DNA of 63,342 nucleotides, counting the filler, from Reticulomyxa filosa (lineage: Eukaryota; Protista; Foraminifera): assembly GCA_000512085.1 (NCBI GenBank). It is 12 parts of 12 records of this genome, joined end to end, with 100 filler letters (N's around TTAATTAATTAA, not from the genome) between each part and the next. Parts side by side here need not be neighbours in the genome. Positions count along the whole stretch, not along the records: positions 21,955 to 34,546 come from ASPP01008222.1; positions 34,647 to 38,255 come from ASPP01044043.1; positions 38,356 to 41,213 come from ASPP01006108.1; 9 more parts are not named here. One strand, 5' to 3'. Positions within the stretch are counted from its first letter, which is position 1. The number at the start of each line of letters is the position of its first letter. Below, piece by piece: positions 24,960 through 38,441 of this stretch. A program made the position numbers and the translations under genes. The notes beneath the pieces were generated by a model. It made no database searches. It was given only the letters and a program-made list of their open reading frames with translations, and was not told the DNA's origin.

Positions 24960-26172
24960 ATGCAACAGAACTCGTCATTCATTGGCCGTAATCAGCAACA
25001 ACCTTCGGTTGCGCCGTTTACGTTTCATATCAGTGAGCTGGAATCATTGCGTGGAAAACTTCAAACGGGGGAGCAGCAGTTACTGGCATCTCATTCCAAA
25101 AACCCTCAATTTGTGATGTTATTGTCACCAAACGAAATCAACACACTTCAAAAAATGATTGAGATGACATACTTGCAAGGTCTCAGGTAATATTTCAAAA
25201 CCGAACTTTTTTTTGTATCACTTTTTTTTTTAAACCCGAACTTTTTTTGTATCACTTTTTTTTTAAACCCTACCAAAAAAAAATGTCTTGCCCGCAAATT
25301 CGAACTAAAAAAAAAAAGTGGATCAGGTTCATTTTTGCCACTTCAAAACCAAATGAGCTCATCGTTGGCAGGAATGAAATCAAACATGAGCACAGCAACT
25401 CCTCCGAGCAATTACATATGTCACAAGTGTGGTGTCCAAGGGCATTATGTTTACGACTGTCCGAATGTAATCGGGAAAGGTCCACCACCATCCAACTACG
25501 TTTGCCACAAATGCAACATTCAAGGTTTTGCAAAAAAACAAATAAAACATATACAATACATACATATATATATATTCGTAGCCTATTTACATACAAGAAC
25601 AGATAACCCTTTTTAAACCAATTGGAAATGTCCACTGGGCCAATCATTCCAACTTTTTTTTTTATGGCACCTTTTAAAAAAAAATTTGTGAAGTTGTGTG
25701 TAATGTATGTATGCGTGGGGTGTCACAGGCCATTGGATTCAAGAGTGTCCGTTGGGAAGTCAGCAAGATAGCAGTAAACCACCTCCAAATTATTGTTGCC
25801 ACCGTTGTGGTGTACCTGGACATTGGATAAAAAACTGTCCGACCAACGCCAATAATATGGAGGACTGGAACAGCTATGATAACGAGAAAATGGTCCATGA
25901 ACGGGATGAAGAGTTTGGTTTTAAACGCTCCACCAAATTCAACACACACCAGGCCGGCCACTTGCCCAAAAAAAGTGGTACTTATCTAGCCAAGGACGCA
26001 AAACACTCGAAAAGAGATGCCAACAGAATGCATCCCAGCCAAAATGATCGCGGGTATTTTTTAAGAAAAAAGGGAAAGGGGAGGTGTGTTTTTAAAAAAA
26101 AGAATTAAAAAGACATCTTGTGTGTATGTGCATGTATTTTTATTTTAGATATATAAAAACATTTTCTGAATG
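24960..26172 (+). CDS. Multi-exon CCHC zinc-knuckle protein (three PPxNYxCHxCxxxGHxxxxCP knuckles)
   Basis: YICHKCGVQGHYVYDCP; YVCHKCNIQG|HWIQECP (split by an intron); YCCHRCGVPGHWIKNCP; RBBP6/ZCCHC24-type knuckle. 3' end approximate. Confidence 0.8.
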
Positions 26173-28039
26173 AAAAACCACTGCTGAAAAAAAAACTCAA
26201 GAAGGAAGTTTTTTAATAAGTTGTTTTTTTTGGGAGGAGGGTGGGAAATTTTTTTAAAAAAGAAAGCATTTTTTTAGGATGCTTTGACAAATAAATCCAA
26301 GACAAACGAATTTTTTTTTTTTTTTGCTTTGTTGTTGCCGTGCGTTTGTGTGTTATGTGAGTGGATTATGGGTTGATTATGGGTTGATGAGTAAAACAAA
26401 AAATACACTTCTTTTTTTCTTTGCTATGTGTTGGTTGATGGTTGCATTATTTTATGTTTATTTTTTCCTTTTTTTTAAAATTGTTGCAAATAAGTTTGAA
26501 AGTCTTGACGTGTTCATTTGTCTTGGCAATACGTTTTTTTATTTTTATTTTCTCTTCATTGGTGTGAATGGTTGGTTTTTGTCCCTATCTTTGTCTTTTT
26601 CTTTTTCTTCTTCTTTGTTTCTAACACTAATTTCATCGCGTTGGTATCACTCAACATAAGACGGGTTGCCCCTTTTTCCTTTACTTTCTTTTTTATTTTT
26701 TTCATTTGTTGTGTTGATCTTGTTGTGGTGTGTTTGTTTTGGTTCTGTTTTGCTTATCTTTTTTTTTCAGTCAGTGGATGTTTTATTTGTGTTTTTTTTT
26801 GTCATGTTGAATTGCTTGTTTACAGTTTTGAAGTTGAAGGGCCATCCCTCACTCATTTAAGAGAATCAAAGCATGTGAATTCATAATTAAAAAAAAGATA
26901 TGTCGAACTGAACCTTGAAATCATTCAAAATTTCAATGTTTTTAATTTTTTTTCAGTTCAAAATGTGTTGATTTTTTATTTTTTGCTTTTTCCTTTTTTC
27001 CTTTTTCTCTGCAACGCTTATGTTGTCAGTTCCATATTTGAGACCAAGCTTTTGGCTTTATGAAGATACAATAATTGAATTTGACAAAAATTTTGGGGAT
27101 TCAGCTCTCCCAAACGCAATGAAAGTTATTTTAATGAATAAGGAAACTGAACATAACCATAAGACTTAAAACTTTTTTTGAACTCGCACAAACCAAAAAA
27201 AAGTTTTAAATACTAAAAAAAAATATATTTAAACAACGAAAAGGTTTATCTGTGAGATACTTTTGACTTGATAACGAGTACTATGAGCGATAACGTTGTC
27301 AGCAAATACCTTTCGGAAAGAAAACGAACAAGTATTTCAACGGTATGACTGTGCAAACTGAGTGACAGAGTCGCATGTGTTGGTAGCGCTAACTAGACAT
27401 ATGACACGTTGTAAGTATTATTATACTAATCATACAATCACAAATGAATAAATATCTTGGGCATCTAAGTAATATTAAAATATTAGACACTGTGTAGTGA
27501 AATTAATATAAAACAACAATGATAGAAATAAAGTTATTTTATTATCTTTTGGTAGTAATGAATATACAAAGCGCACGTTAATGATGAGATATATAAGTGT
27601 TTGTAGTAATTAGATCAAATAATTACAATCAATGCATTCTTTTCAACGATAATATCAACAATCTAATTCGTATTTGAAGAGAATTTTATAGTATTTGGTA
27701 GAAACAACAGTCATTTGTTATCACTTATTTTAAAAATAATATAATTTTGTTTGATTTAAATACATTTAGTCAAAAAAAAAAAAAATTTATTATTCAACAT
27801 TAGATTCGAATAATGATATTTATATTATTTTAACAAAATTGTATCAAATGTGTTACTTAATGTTATTGAATGATCGTTATTACATAATTAACATTTTAAA
27901 AAATTTAATTATTTTAGTTATTATTGTTTTGCTAGTCATAATAAATAATTAAGCAGTTTAATATTTATATATATATATCAAGATTGTTTCAGAATAACGT
28001 CAAAATCTGGAAAACAATTCAATTATGATATATTAATAA

Positions 28040-28265
28040 TGTAGGGCAAGTCAATATTGTGAGTATCTGAACGTCAAGGGAACGGAGGAATCCCCATTAG
28101 GTTAAACTCACTCAACAACTTACTTCTTACTTTTCTTTACTTTTCTTTTGTTGTCTTGTTTTATTATTTCAATTTCTTTCGTTTTATGAAATCACTATTC
28201 TTTTCTTAGTAAAACACTTATCGTATTACATTTAGTGTACCACTACTATCAGCAGACGTCCCACA
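28040..28265 (+). mobile_element. ~220-bp TG...CA element, copy 5
   Basis: ataa|TGTAGGGCAAG...GGTTAAA...TCGTATTACATTTAGTGTA...CCCACA|atac (flanks match 3 of 4). Confidence 0.8.
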
Positions 28266-29536
28266 ATACAGTAACTGAAATAATGAAATTTGAAAAAGAT
28301 TTAAACTTAACCAAATTTAAATTACATTGTACTATGTTCGCTATATAATACAATATAGCTATTTTATACATTCTGCATTCACAAGATGTATTAAGTACAC
28401 AGTTTTCACTAGATTGTAAAATGATATGTTCATAATCGCCCCGATAAAACAATTTGAATAATATTTTGATCATATAATACTGCGAAATTTTCTCCAGATT
28501 ATAAATTTATTGTATACAGTTCAAGTTTTTTTGCACATTACTACTACCAGTTACTTGAAAAATGTCAATTTGTCGCTTCCCAAACAACAATAACATGATT
28601 GTATCTATTAAAAATTATCTGCATAACAATGGTAAACGAGACTCAAAGATTTTAATATTTATTCATCTGGAAAAATAAATTAAATCAAAATAAAATTAGA
28701 TAAAATGAACATACACATATGATAACAAATCCATTGTACTATAATCAATTCGTAACTAATTGATACTTTATTTACATTGCTATGCATTAGTCCAATATCA
28801 AATTGCACAACGAATCTTCACAGCAATACTTAAGCGTCTGTATTTGACAGTATTCTTTGAAGAAATCAAATAATTTTGCAACACTTGCCAATTTGCAAAG
28901 TTCTGTTTATATGAATGTTTGTGAAATTCATTATTTCACAGCGTATGTGTCTTTTCAAATGTATATTGCCTTTAACCAAAAGTTGTTACAGTATATATTG
29001 ACAGTAATTGATCGCTTTACGTGCTACAAATATTACTTTGAAGTAATATTGACCTTTATAGCACATGCAATAATTCTGTCGGAAACATCACACAGTTTAC
29101 ACGTCAATTGCATATATTATGTCTAAAATAATAAATATAAATCAGCTGTTTATGCGTTATATCATACTCAACCAAGCTAAATGATTGATACATTTTATCG
29201 TTGCCGAAAGAATATTTAGTTACATATTCGTCGACAGTAACTTGTACTTCATAAATGAAGCGACTGGTCAGTATTCTTACTGGCAATAGTCGCTTCGTAT
29301 AACATGACACCAAACAAAATGCCGATTTAAGACTCAATAAATTTGTATATACCGAAAAATTTACGAAAGTATAAATATGCTGTGCAAAATAATTAGCTAT
29401 TATAAGATAGTATGAGTCACTGATCTAAAGATTATATGATTAAACGAAAACACTTTGAAATAAAAAAAAAACCCTGACAAATTCGTTTTAGTCAATTCGA
29501 TATTACTATACAAACTGCGATCAAAGGGCTGGAAAC

Positions 29537-29742
29537 TGTAGGAATAGTGGTTGAGACTAAGTGTAAAACGAAAGGAACTTAGTTTAGAATACAAGTTTCA
29601 GTAAATTAATAGAAATAATTACAACAGAATAAAGAAAATATTAAACCAAGAAAAAAGTAAGTTATGCCGTTAAGAAAGTTTCAACCACCGGGGCTGTAAG
29701 GTTCCTTCGAACTTTGGGATCTATAATATCGACTTCACCACA
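29537..29742 (-). mobile_element. ~210-bp TG...CA element, copy 6, diverged
   Basis: TGTAGGAATA...ACGAAAGGAACTTAGTT shared with copy 1; ends CACCACA. Confidence 0.7.
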
Positions 29743-30844
29743 CACCTAGATAAATTATAAATTAAATTATTTATTGAATTAAATATTTTATATTGAAAGT
29801 TTTGCAATCACAATATAATGTAGTCTAAAATTTATCACTTTGCCTTTAACGTTTAAATACCTGGCAATATTTGTCAAATTCATAAAATTTTGTTGTGGCT
29901 GCTTACCGTTTAACGTGCAAAAAGAACTACGTGCTGACGAACTTTCTCGTAGTTTTGTTTAAAGTTCGTTTTGAGAAGTTGTTTGATATATTTTTGTTTC
30001 TTTAAGTGAGATTAATAATACTTGACTTGAAATGGAACAACGACGGTGAAAAAGCTTTAACTAAGACACAACGTTAATCAGTTTTTCTAAGAATGTTTTT
30101 TTCCGTGCGCCTTCAGTCTTATGGATCCGCTTTAATGGATCCATAAGGACGACTTGCGCACAAGATCAAATACATTTCACCTGTCCAGATCACTTCCTTT
30201 TTTTGATGGAAATGACAAGAACAATGGTGAAAACACTTTTAATTTTTTTAAACTATCTAAATTGTAATTGTCTTGTCTATAGATCATATGAACAGTGCTT
30301 TAAATGTTTAATGAGGTGCGATATTCCGCAGCGGCTAATAAGTTTGGAATATGTCTATAATCTTTTCTTTGTTGTGCTGCCAATATTGCCCTTACTCAAC
30401 CTTTCAAAAAACAAAAACGGAAGTTTTGCTCAAATTTTTTGAGAGGGAGGTGGCAGCCCGAGATAAATAAAAATTAAATTTTTTATCAAATATCGCTCTT
30501 TTCGTAAGGTGGTTGTTTTTAGAATACTACTGCCGCTAATGCGACGTTTGGACATTTTTGTGACAATTCTTTTAATTTAAATTTTTTTTTTTGTTTAAAA
30601 TAGAATTTAGCAAGCTGGAAGTTTACTTGACCAACGCTCTAGCAGCGAAATGGAATTTGAAAGAAACTTGCGAAATCATTTTGAGTTGTTTGAAATTGAT
30701 TTTTATTTATTTTTTTGGCATTGTTAGTAAATTTTTCAATTTTTTATTTTACACAGTGTTAAAGCTTGGCTACTTTTTGCTTCTAAATTTTGTACTCAAA
30801 AATAAATTATCGTCTGAACCGCGCATAAGTAATGAAGAGACCAT

Positions 30845-32848
30845 TTAACTTTTGAATTCGGCTTTGACAACTTCAGCTGCAGCGAAAACCTGTAAAACAA
30901 AAAGAGAATAAAATGCAACCGAAAAAAGAAAAAAGCTTAACCAAATCTAATATTGTTTGTCTTTCAGTTCTTCCCAATGTATACAAAGTTTCAATGACAA
31001 TAATATTTTCGCGAAAATTGATCTCGGCCACTTGAACATTTTGAATTATTTCGCTGTTGGTATTTCTGGAGGGGTAGATGATATTTGAAATGTGATCTTG
31101 AATCAACGACTCGCACAACATTTCATTTTCATTACATTTTTTGTGCAGAAAATTGCGTAATAACTTTGGCAATACTAATTCGCAACTAATAGTTAATCCA
31201 GTTCCCAAATGTGCCGGTGAACTTGTCAACCATCCCAAGTTGTTGTCATACAAAAAAAATATTTCTTTGCTTTTTATTACCATTCGTAAGCTGTTGATCA
31301 TCAGAACACAAATACAAAATAATTATTCTATAAAATATGTCGCCTAAACGTTGCAGAAATTTCCTTTTTGTGTGTATTCATAGCGACCTTTCGTGGACAA
31401 AAATAAATTTCTCAAAGGCACGTCGGAAGTCCATGCCATCACAATGAACAACCATTTCCAGATGATTTTCATGATTTGTCCATGCACCAACTTGTGCATC
31501 CTTATTGTAAAAAATGGACCTCGCATCGGGAAAATCTCTAGACAAGCCACTAACCAAATAGATATCACTTAAACTTAAGTCTCGATGTGGAGCCAGTTTC
31601 AGTTGCTCCAATTCGCCCAAGCATCCTTCATCAACATTTGTCAATTCAATAATGTGATTATTTTCAATTGCATTCACATCTTGATAATTGTTTTCCACAT
31701 CATTTGCATTAAACACAGAAGCAGAAGTAGCAGTGGAAGGGGTTAATTTCGATTTTTTTTCATTGGTTACTTTCGAACTTTTGTTTGCAAGATTTTGAGT
31801 TGTCAGAGCGACGTTTTCTTTTTTTTCCATTATCTTGCTATTTCTCGCATTGCTATTGTTTGCTTTTATTTTTGTTTCTTGTGACAAGGGTTTTGCCTTT
31901 GTGTTCGTTTTGGCTGCTTCACTATTGTTAACGTCGTTATTTTTGCTTTGATGCTTATCTTTCGGTACATTTTTTTGGACTGGCTCTTTTCCATTGTCTC
32001 CTTTTGCTTTAAGTTTGGAGCCACTTGGTTTGTTAGTATTATTTCCGGTTTTCGTTTCGCTTGATTTTTGTTTTTTCAAATTCGTGCTGCCTGTGGTCTT
32101 CTCTTCTTTTATTTCATCATTGATCTCATTTCCAGAAGTTTGCTTTTCCTTTCATTTGTTTCGTATCGTGTGTAACTTTTGTGTACTTTGATATAGTCTC
32201 TATCTCGCTCCAAAGTCCATTGCCTTTACACATATTTATAATGTCCTCTCCCTCCTCCTTCTTTAAAAGCAAATAGACAAAAAAACAAGAATAAATGAAA
32301 TGAAACATATCACGTTAAACTTTTTGCAATGGTAAATTAGATAAAACATCAGTCAATCGAATATTGACTTCTCGACGCTCTGCACGCGTGCAATGCGTAG
32401 GAAGATTGTAGCCCTTCAAATTTCTTCGGATATGGAATGTATATCGCTTCACCTTGGTCGCTAATAATGTCACTAATTCATTACTTTTGATTGGACCCGA
32501 TTCATATGGGTTTGTTACTAATGATGACACATTGGATACATGTTTGCTCACTTGAAATTTTTTTTTGGTGCTCTCATTTGAATGTGCAAAATACGGCTGA
32601 CTTTTTTCTATTATTTTTTCTAAAAGAGGCCAAAACACTCGAAAACTATCTTCGTCGCCGAAATACATTCCTATTGGCTCATTTGGACAATCGATCCCGA
32701 CTTGAATTGCTTTGTCCAATGAAAAACCAGTTGCCGATGTTTGCTCAAACAACGAGGCGTACAGTTCTTTGGTCAAACATTTTGCAAGAAAATTATCATG
32801 GTGAGAAAGATCCGGAAAGTTTTCCAATGGATCAAAAAAACCATACAT
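30845..32848 (-). CDS. ATP:guanido phosphotransferase (creatine/arginine kinase family) homolog, degenerate active site, large internal insertion
   Basis: FPDLSHHDNFLAKCLTKELY; GFSLDKAIQVG; GDEDSF; RNLKGYNLP; ERREV; RDFPDARSIF; LGWLTSSPAHLGTGL. Multi-exon; 3' end uncertain. Confidence 0.88.
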
Positions 32849-33205
32849 TATATCACAAAAACGATTTTTCTGGTAGTTTTTAATTTGTTTTGTCAACTTG
32901 AGAATAAACACTTGTCCAAGCCAAAACTGTTCCCCTCCACAAAACTTCGTAAAAAACAACTCATTTTATTTATTAGCCAAAACAAAATTCATTTAATTTC
33001 TTGCATGTCTCACAAAAGAGATAAACCAAAATTTTCAACTTACAGCTGAAAAAAATTTTAATTCGATAAAATGTAGCTTTCTTGAAAGTTGTGACACAAG
33101 CAATAAATTGTTCATTAAAAAGACAAAAAAGCAAAAACTTCAAAACTGCGGTAGTTATTCCCTTGAGGTAGGCACAAAAAAAGGCTTTTTCTCATTAATT
33201 TCTAA

Positions 33206-34546
33206 ATGAAAATGGAAGATTTTGCAAATCGGTTACAAAAGATACCAAAAATATGGAACCGGGATGGAAGACGCAAATGCATTCGGCAAGGAGTTTTATT
33301 GATGGGTACAACAATAAAAAACCTCCCAAGACACTATTTTTCCAAACCAATTCTTTTTTCCCTCCCCCTTTGTTGCCCTTTCATTACTTGGGCAACCGAC
33401 CAAAGAGGAGAGTCAGACAAATAAAGAAATTCCACAAAACAACCAATCAAAAATAGAAGAGAAAAAGGAATTGAAGACACGTTGGTGTTTTATCTTCGAA
33501 GACGCCTTTATAATAACCAAGCCGACAGTTTTGTGGAATTTTTTTTTTTTTATGTGTTGTGATGCATGCCATCAAGTATAAAACAAAAAATTGAAAACTG
33601 ATAAGGAAAAAAAAAAGATCAAATCGAAAGAAAAAAAAAAAAAAAAATGAAATTTGAATATTTAATAAAATGATGCTGAGTGATGTATATGTCGCATATA
33701 TCATATAGTGTGAATTCGGAGCTGATTATTCATTGAAAGCAAGCAATCCAAAATTCGATTGCAAGCACTTTCTTCTACCAAGGTTAGTGATTTCTGTCTT
33801 TCCCTTCAATATACTCTCACAATATGTGTATAGTATGTGCCAAACACACACAAAAAAAAAAAAAAAAAAATTGGATGACGTGGCAAATTTATATATACAT
33901 ATATGCATATATAAAGTTCAATGGTGATTGATGAGACACCTTCGGCAGTGGAAGCGAACCGCATTTGGGTGCATAAAAACACACCGTTTTTGGTCCGATA
34001 TTACGACGAGACGAGTGACAACAAGACGAAGAATAGACAAGAGAAGATAGCATGTTTGAGTAGCGCGACTGGAGTAGACCGTGAGGCTTGGCTGAGCGAT
34101 TTGCACCGACTCATATGTCACAACAACCAATCGTCATTCAATGACACAATGGAATATGCTTGGCAGAACAAGTTTCGCATGGGAACGATCTTCCAATCCG
34201 TTCTACAAAATGACATGCAAAGTCTTGCATCATTGTCGGGCGATACCAACGTGCAGCAGCTGCTGCCATCACAATCAGAAGGAGGAACGGACAAGGACGA
34301 AAAGACGGAATCGTCGACGTGGCTCGAGCAGGTAGATATCGCCGGACATAACTTGCTGCATATCGCGTGCGCTTACAATAACGCTGCGTTTATTCAAAAG
34401 TTTTTGGATCAATTCGATCCAAACCTAGCCGATCCAAACGGGTGGTCGCCTATGAGAATTTGTGCCGATGTTATGTTGTTATGTGCGTGCATCGTGTGTC
34501 TGTCCTTTTTTTTTTTTTTTTTTTTTTTTCCTTTTTTTTTTTTTTT
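33206..34546 (+). CDS. Ankyrin-repeat protein with probable PH-like domain, 3'-truncated
   Basis: DREAWLSDLHRLI (PH C-terminal helix pattern); GHNLLHIACAYNN and DPNLADPNGWSP ankyrin motifs. Start uncertain. Confidence 0.6.
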
Positions 34547-34646
34547 NNNNNNNNNNNNNNNNNNNNNNNNNNNNNNNNNNNNNNNNNNNNTTAATTAATT
34601 AANNNNNNNNNNNNNNNNNNNNNNNNNNNNNNNNNNNNNNNNNNNN

Positions 34647-37600
34647 CTTCCAAATCCTGCATGAACATCCACTGCAATCAACTGCACATTGACAACATGT
34701 CCCAAAAATTTGATCAAAGATGTTTTTCCACATCCAGTTTCACCCATCAAAATCACAGGAGTATTCGTTTGAATTTTCATAAAAATGGCAATCATTTTCA
34801 GAATATTGTCAAATGTCAATACATAATTCGACAATTCTTCATCATTGCATAATTTGTTCACAATTTGATCATGAAGACTCTCTGCTGTTTCCACTTTTTT
34901 CTCTTCATATTCTTTCATTATTCCCTGACTTGGAGTCCCCAAAATGCGGAACAATAATTTTAATCGTTCTTCTTTTTCAGTTTGTGAATCTAATTCTTTC
35001 ATCTTAAATCATTTTTTTTGTCATCAGAAGTGTGAAAACGTAACATCCGAAATAAAACAAACAAGATTCAAAACTTGCAAAGCCAATTCTCTTTCTGTCA
35101 AATCTTGTTGCCAATCGAGTAAATGAAATCCCAATTTTTGGAATTCATCCAATTGTTTTTGATTCACATTTTTTTTGTTACTAATCAATACCGAAATATT
35201 TTCTGTGGAAACAACAAATGAATAAATAACACAAAAAAGTACTTATCGCAAATGCATATATATAAAAAATTAACCTCCATCTTGATTGACCAAGTAACAA
35301 CATTCTCTGGAGTTATGCCATTTCTTACACAAATAAAACTCCTCTTCTCCAGTACTTTCAATTTTTTGATCTTTTTCTTCCACATTCAGTTTTATGTGAT
35401 TATATTGACGGCAGCACAATATTGTGGCCACCTTAATTACTGATTTAGTAATTTCGTGTTTCCATTGCATTGACTTTTTATCAACTTCCAAGGATTGATT
35501 CAAAAATGTTAATTGTGCTAAGGGTAGAAATTGTTGATACAAATATTTGAAAAAAGAATATTGATGTACAGGATTCGATTTTGTTATTTCATTAAAATGT
35601 TTTTCCATAAATCTTCTCATTCTACCCTTTTCAAGATCAGGCATGGTATCAGGATCAATATCTTGTTGTCTTTTTTCAGATTGTCTTGAAAATACACATA
35701 CAAACATCTTTTGTTTTCTGGTGGGAAAATGTAAAACAAAAATAGTTTGAAAGAACTTAAAATTTCCATTGAAAAATTCTTGCATCCATTTGATAACATA
35801 TTGTGCCTCTCTTTCAAATTCAAATTCGTTATTCTGAGAAGATACTTCAACAGTTGGAAATTTGACAGTGAAAAAAAATAGATAAAAGAATTTTTCAGGT
35901 GATACAGTGAAATCTGGACGATCCAAAGTGGAAGGAATCTCAATTAAGAAGATCATGTTGGAGTTAACATGGAAACATTGAGATATTTGGGAATTGGAAT
36001 TGATATGTTGCAAAAACAACAATTCAAATAGAAAATCATTGATAAGTTTTGAAACACAAGATGAAATGTTCAAATGATAAATGATCAATGTGTTTTCTTC
36101 GTTAATATCTGCATCTTTCACATCATTAGAACAAGGATGATAACTCCAAAATCTATCCATTATTTTCATCCAATCGATATCTTTACTGTTAAATGCAACA
36201 CAAATTTCATGGACTGTCTTGGTTTTGTGTATTTCCCGAATTCTTTGAATATCTCTTTGAATAAGTGTACTTTTTCCCATTGCAACTTTTTCCGATGTAT
36301 ACAGCTGTATCCATGGCGGCTCTGTAGCAATATCATGTACCCGACTATTAGCCCATTGATTACGATAAAGTCCAGACAATATTTTATTGGGAAGTGTTTC
36401 AAATGATAAACTGTGAGGAATAACTTTGAATGGGGCAAGAGTTTTGCACAAAAGATTTTCTTGGTTAGAGGACAGAACTACAAACGTATAAAAATTATTT
36501 TTTAATTGTTCCAAACGAATATCACTCAACAATAATTCATGGATATTCTGACAAATTTGATTCAATGTCATGGATGTTAACTTTTCAGGATACACCAAAC
36601 AATACAATGGCTTCGCTGATTTGTGATTTGTTTCGGTTTTTGTTATTAAGTCTGTTAATGTAGTTGTCAATGGCATTCTTTTGTGATTTGTTTCGGTTAT
36701 TGTTATTAAGTCTGTTGATGCAGTTGTCAATGGCTTCGCTGAATTGTGATTTGTTTCGATTATTGTTATTGAGTCTGTTAATGCAGTTGTTAATGGCATT
36801 CTTTTGTGATTGGTGATGGCCCGGAATATCAAACAGGCAATATCTTCTTCGGTTGTTGTTTCATTGCAAATCAGAATATGTTCTGCTCGTGGGATGAATC
36901 TCTGAGATTCAAATAAACCAAGTAATTCAAATAATAATTCTTTAGACTCAATTATCAAATTGGGTTTGCCTGCATTCAATCCAATGGAAAATGGTTTTTC
37001 ATCCACACAATTATGTTGGGATGAAATCCATATAGGATGAAGAATCATTCCAAACTTTGCAATTGAATTTTTGCATTGTTTAAAATTATTATTACTATCA
37101 TTAATATTATGTTGATCAAGATCTTTGAGATTAAAATTTATCCAGCCTTTCAATACATTATCGACATCACGATCAGTGAGATCACAATTAATTTTTTGAA
37201 GAAAGGGTTTGATATATTTGGATGCTTTAATGGCACGATCAGGACAGTTGGGCATATTCAATTGATTGATTTTTTGAATTAAAAAATGAACTTGATTGAA
37301 ACAAAAATAATTGAGTGCTGGAAATTTTTCTCGTAATTCGAAACATTGTTTTTTCCATTCCATTAATCTTTGTTTCCAAAATTTTTTGCAATCTTCAAAC
37401 TCATCTATTTGCGAACGCACAAGTAATTTCAATGGTTTATCATTCTGATTTCCTACTTTTTCATCATTTTCGATATCAATTCTTCCTCCCTTTTTCCAAA
37501 ATTCAATTCGATATGAACTAATCTTCTTGCACTCTTCAAATTGTCGGATGACAGATTCAACCTTTTTCAATTCTTGTTTTTCCACTCCAAGCAATACACG

Positions 37601-38255
37601 ATCAATATTTTCACCAATTTCCTCATAGAACCAAACGGTATCATTTATTTTCAAATTCAGTTGTTTTTCTTTCTTTCCTTTCAATACATCCCCACAACTT
37701 GCAAATTGCCATTCCCCAAAGGCCATTGCATCATTCAATTGTTCCAAACTTGTTTCAGTTCGAATTTTGTCTGCTTCCTTGACCAAAGTAGAAATAGCAT
37801 CCAAGTCAATATCACAACATCTTTTTATCATTTCGATAAATTCTTGACCATTGGAGTGTAGTTTCAATATGGCTTTGGCCAAGCTGGTCATATCTTTCAA
37901 TGAACATTTCCACAGTGTCTTTTGCATTGTGGAATTTACATGTCTCAAGGAAGTGAGCAAATCTTGAATCTCATGATGTTTACTTTTGCTCAGCACATTC
38001 AATGTGTCGTCAAAGTACGTTTCATCATTAAAATTTTGATTTTCTGCCAATATTTTTATTTTATCTTTAAAACGAACCAGAACATCAAAAAGACCAATGA
38101 TCATGCAGGATTTGTCACTTTCACCTACACATTCGATACAAGCATTGTAATGTTGCAATGTTTGCTCAATCGAAATATCTTCATTTGCTTTTGTTACTTC
38201 TTCCATTTGTGTTAATACTTTTACAAATTCTTTCCATTTCTCATCTTCTTTTATT
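34647..38255 (-). CDS. RNF213 (mysterin)-like giant AAA+ ATPase, internal fragment
   Basis: LREKFPALNYF; PLYCLVYPEKL; YTSEKVAMGKS; YHLNISSCV...FLFELLFL; YVLTFDNILKMIAI...PVILMGETGCGKTSLIKFL...VHAG, in RNF213 order. Confidence 0.88.
36605..36813 (-). repeat. In-frame tandem repeat of alternating 60/63-bp units (~3.4 copies) inside the RNF213-like gene
   Basis: NHKRMPLTTALTDSITIIET / NHNSAKPLTTASTDLITITET / NHKRMPLTTTLTDLITKTET / NHKSAKPL. Confidence 0.9.
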
Positions 38256-38441
38256 NNNNNNNNNNNNNNNNNNNNNNNNNNNNNNNNNNNNNNNNNNNNT
38301 TAATTAATTAANNNNNNNNNNNNNNNNNNNNNNNNNNNNNNNNNNNNNNNNNNNNTCACTTATCTTTGCCATTTTCTTTGCCTGCCGTTTAGTTGTCATT
38401 TTCCCTTTCTTTTTCTTTTGCTTTTTTTTTTTTTTTTTTAG

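Noticed and set aside
26324-26886. Phe/Leu/Cys-rich ORFs, also at 5438-5876 and 59388-59866, as membrane proteins
   Set aside because: They arise from T-rich intronic or intergenic low-complexity sequence open in several frames.
30118-30147. 11-bp perfect hairpin CTTATGGATCC-N8-GGATCCATAAG
   Set aside because: Single occurrence with no supporting context; may lie in coding sequence; cannot be distinguished from chance.
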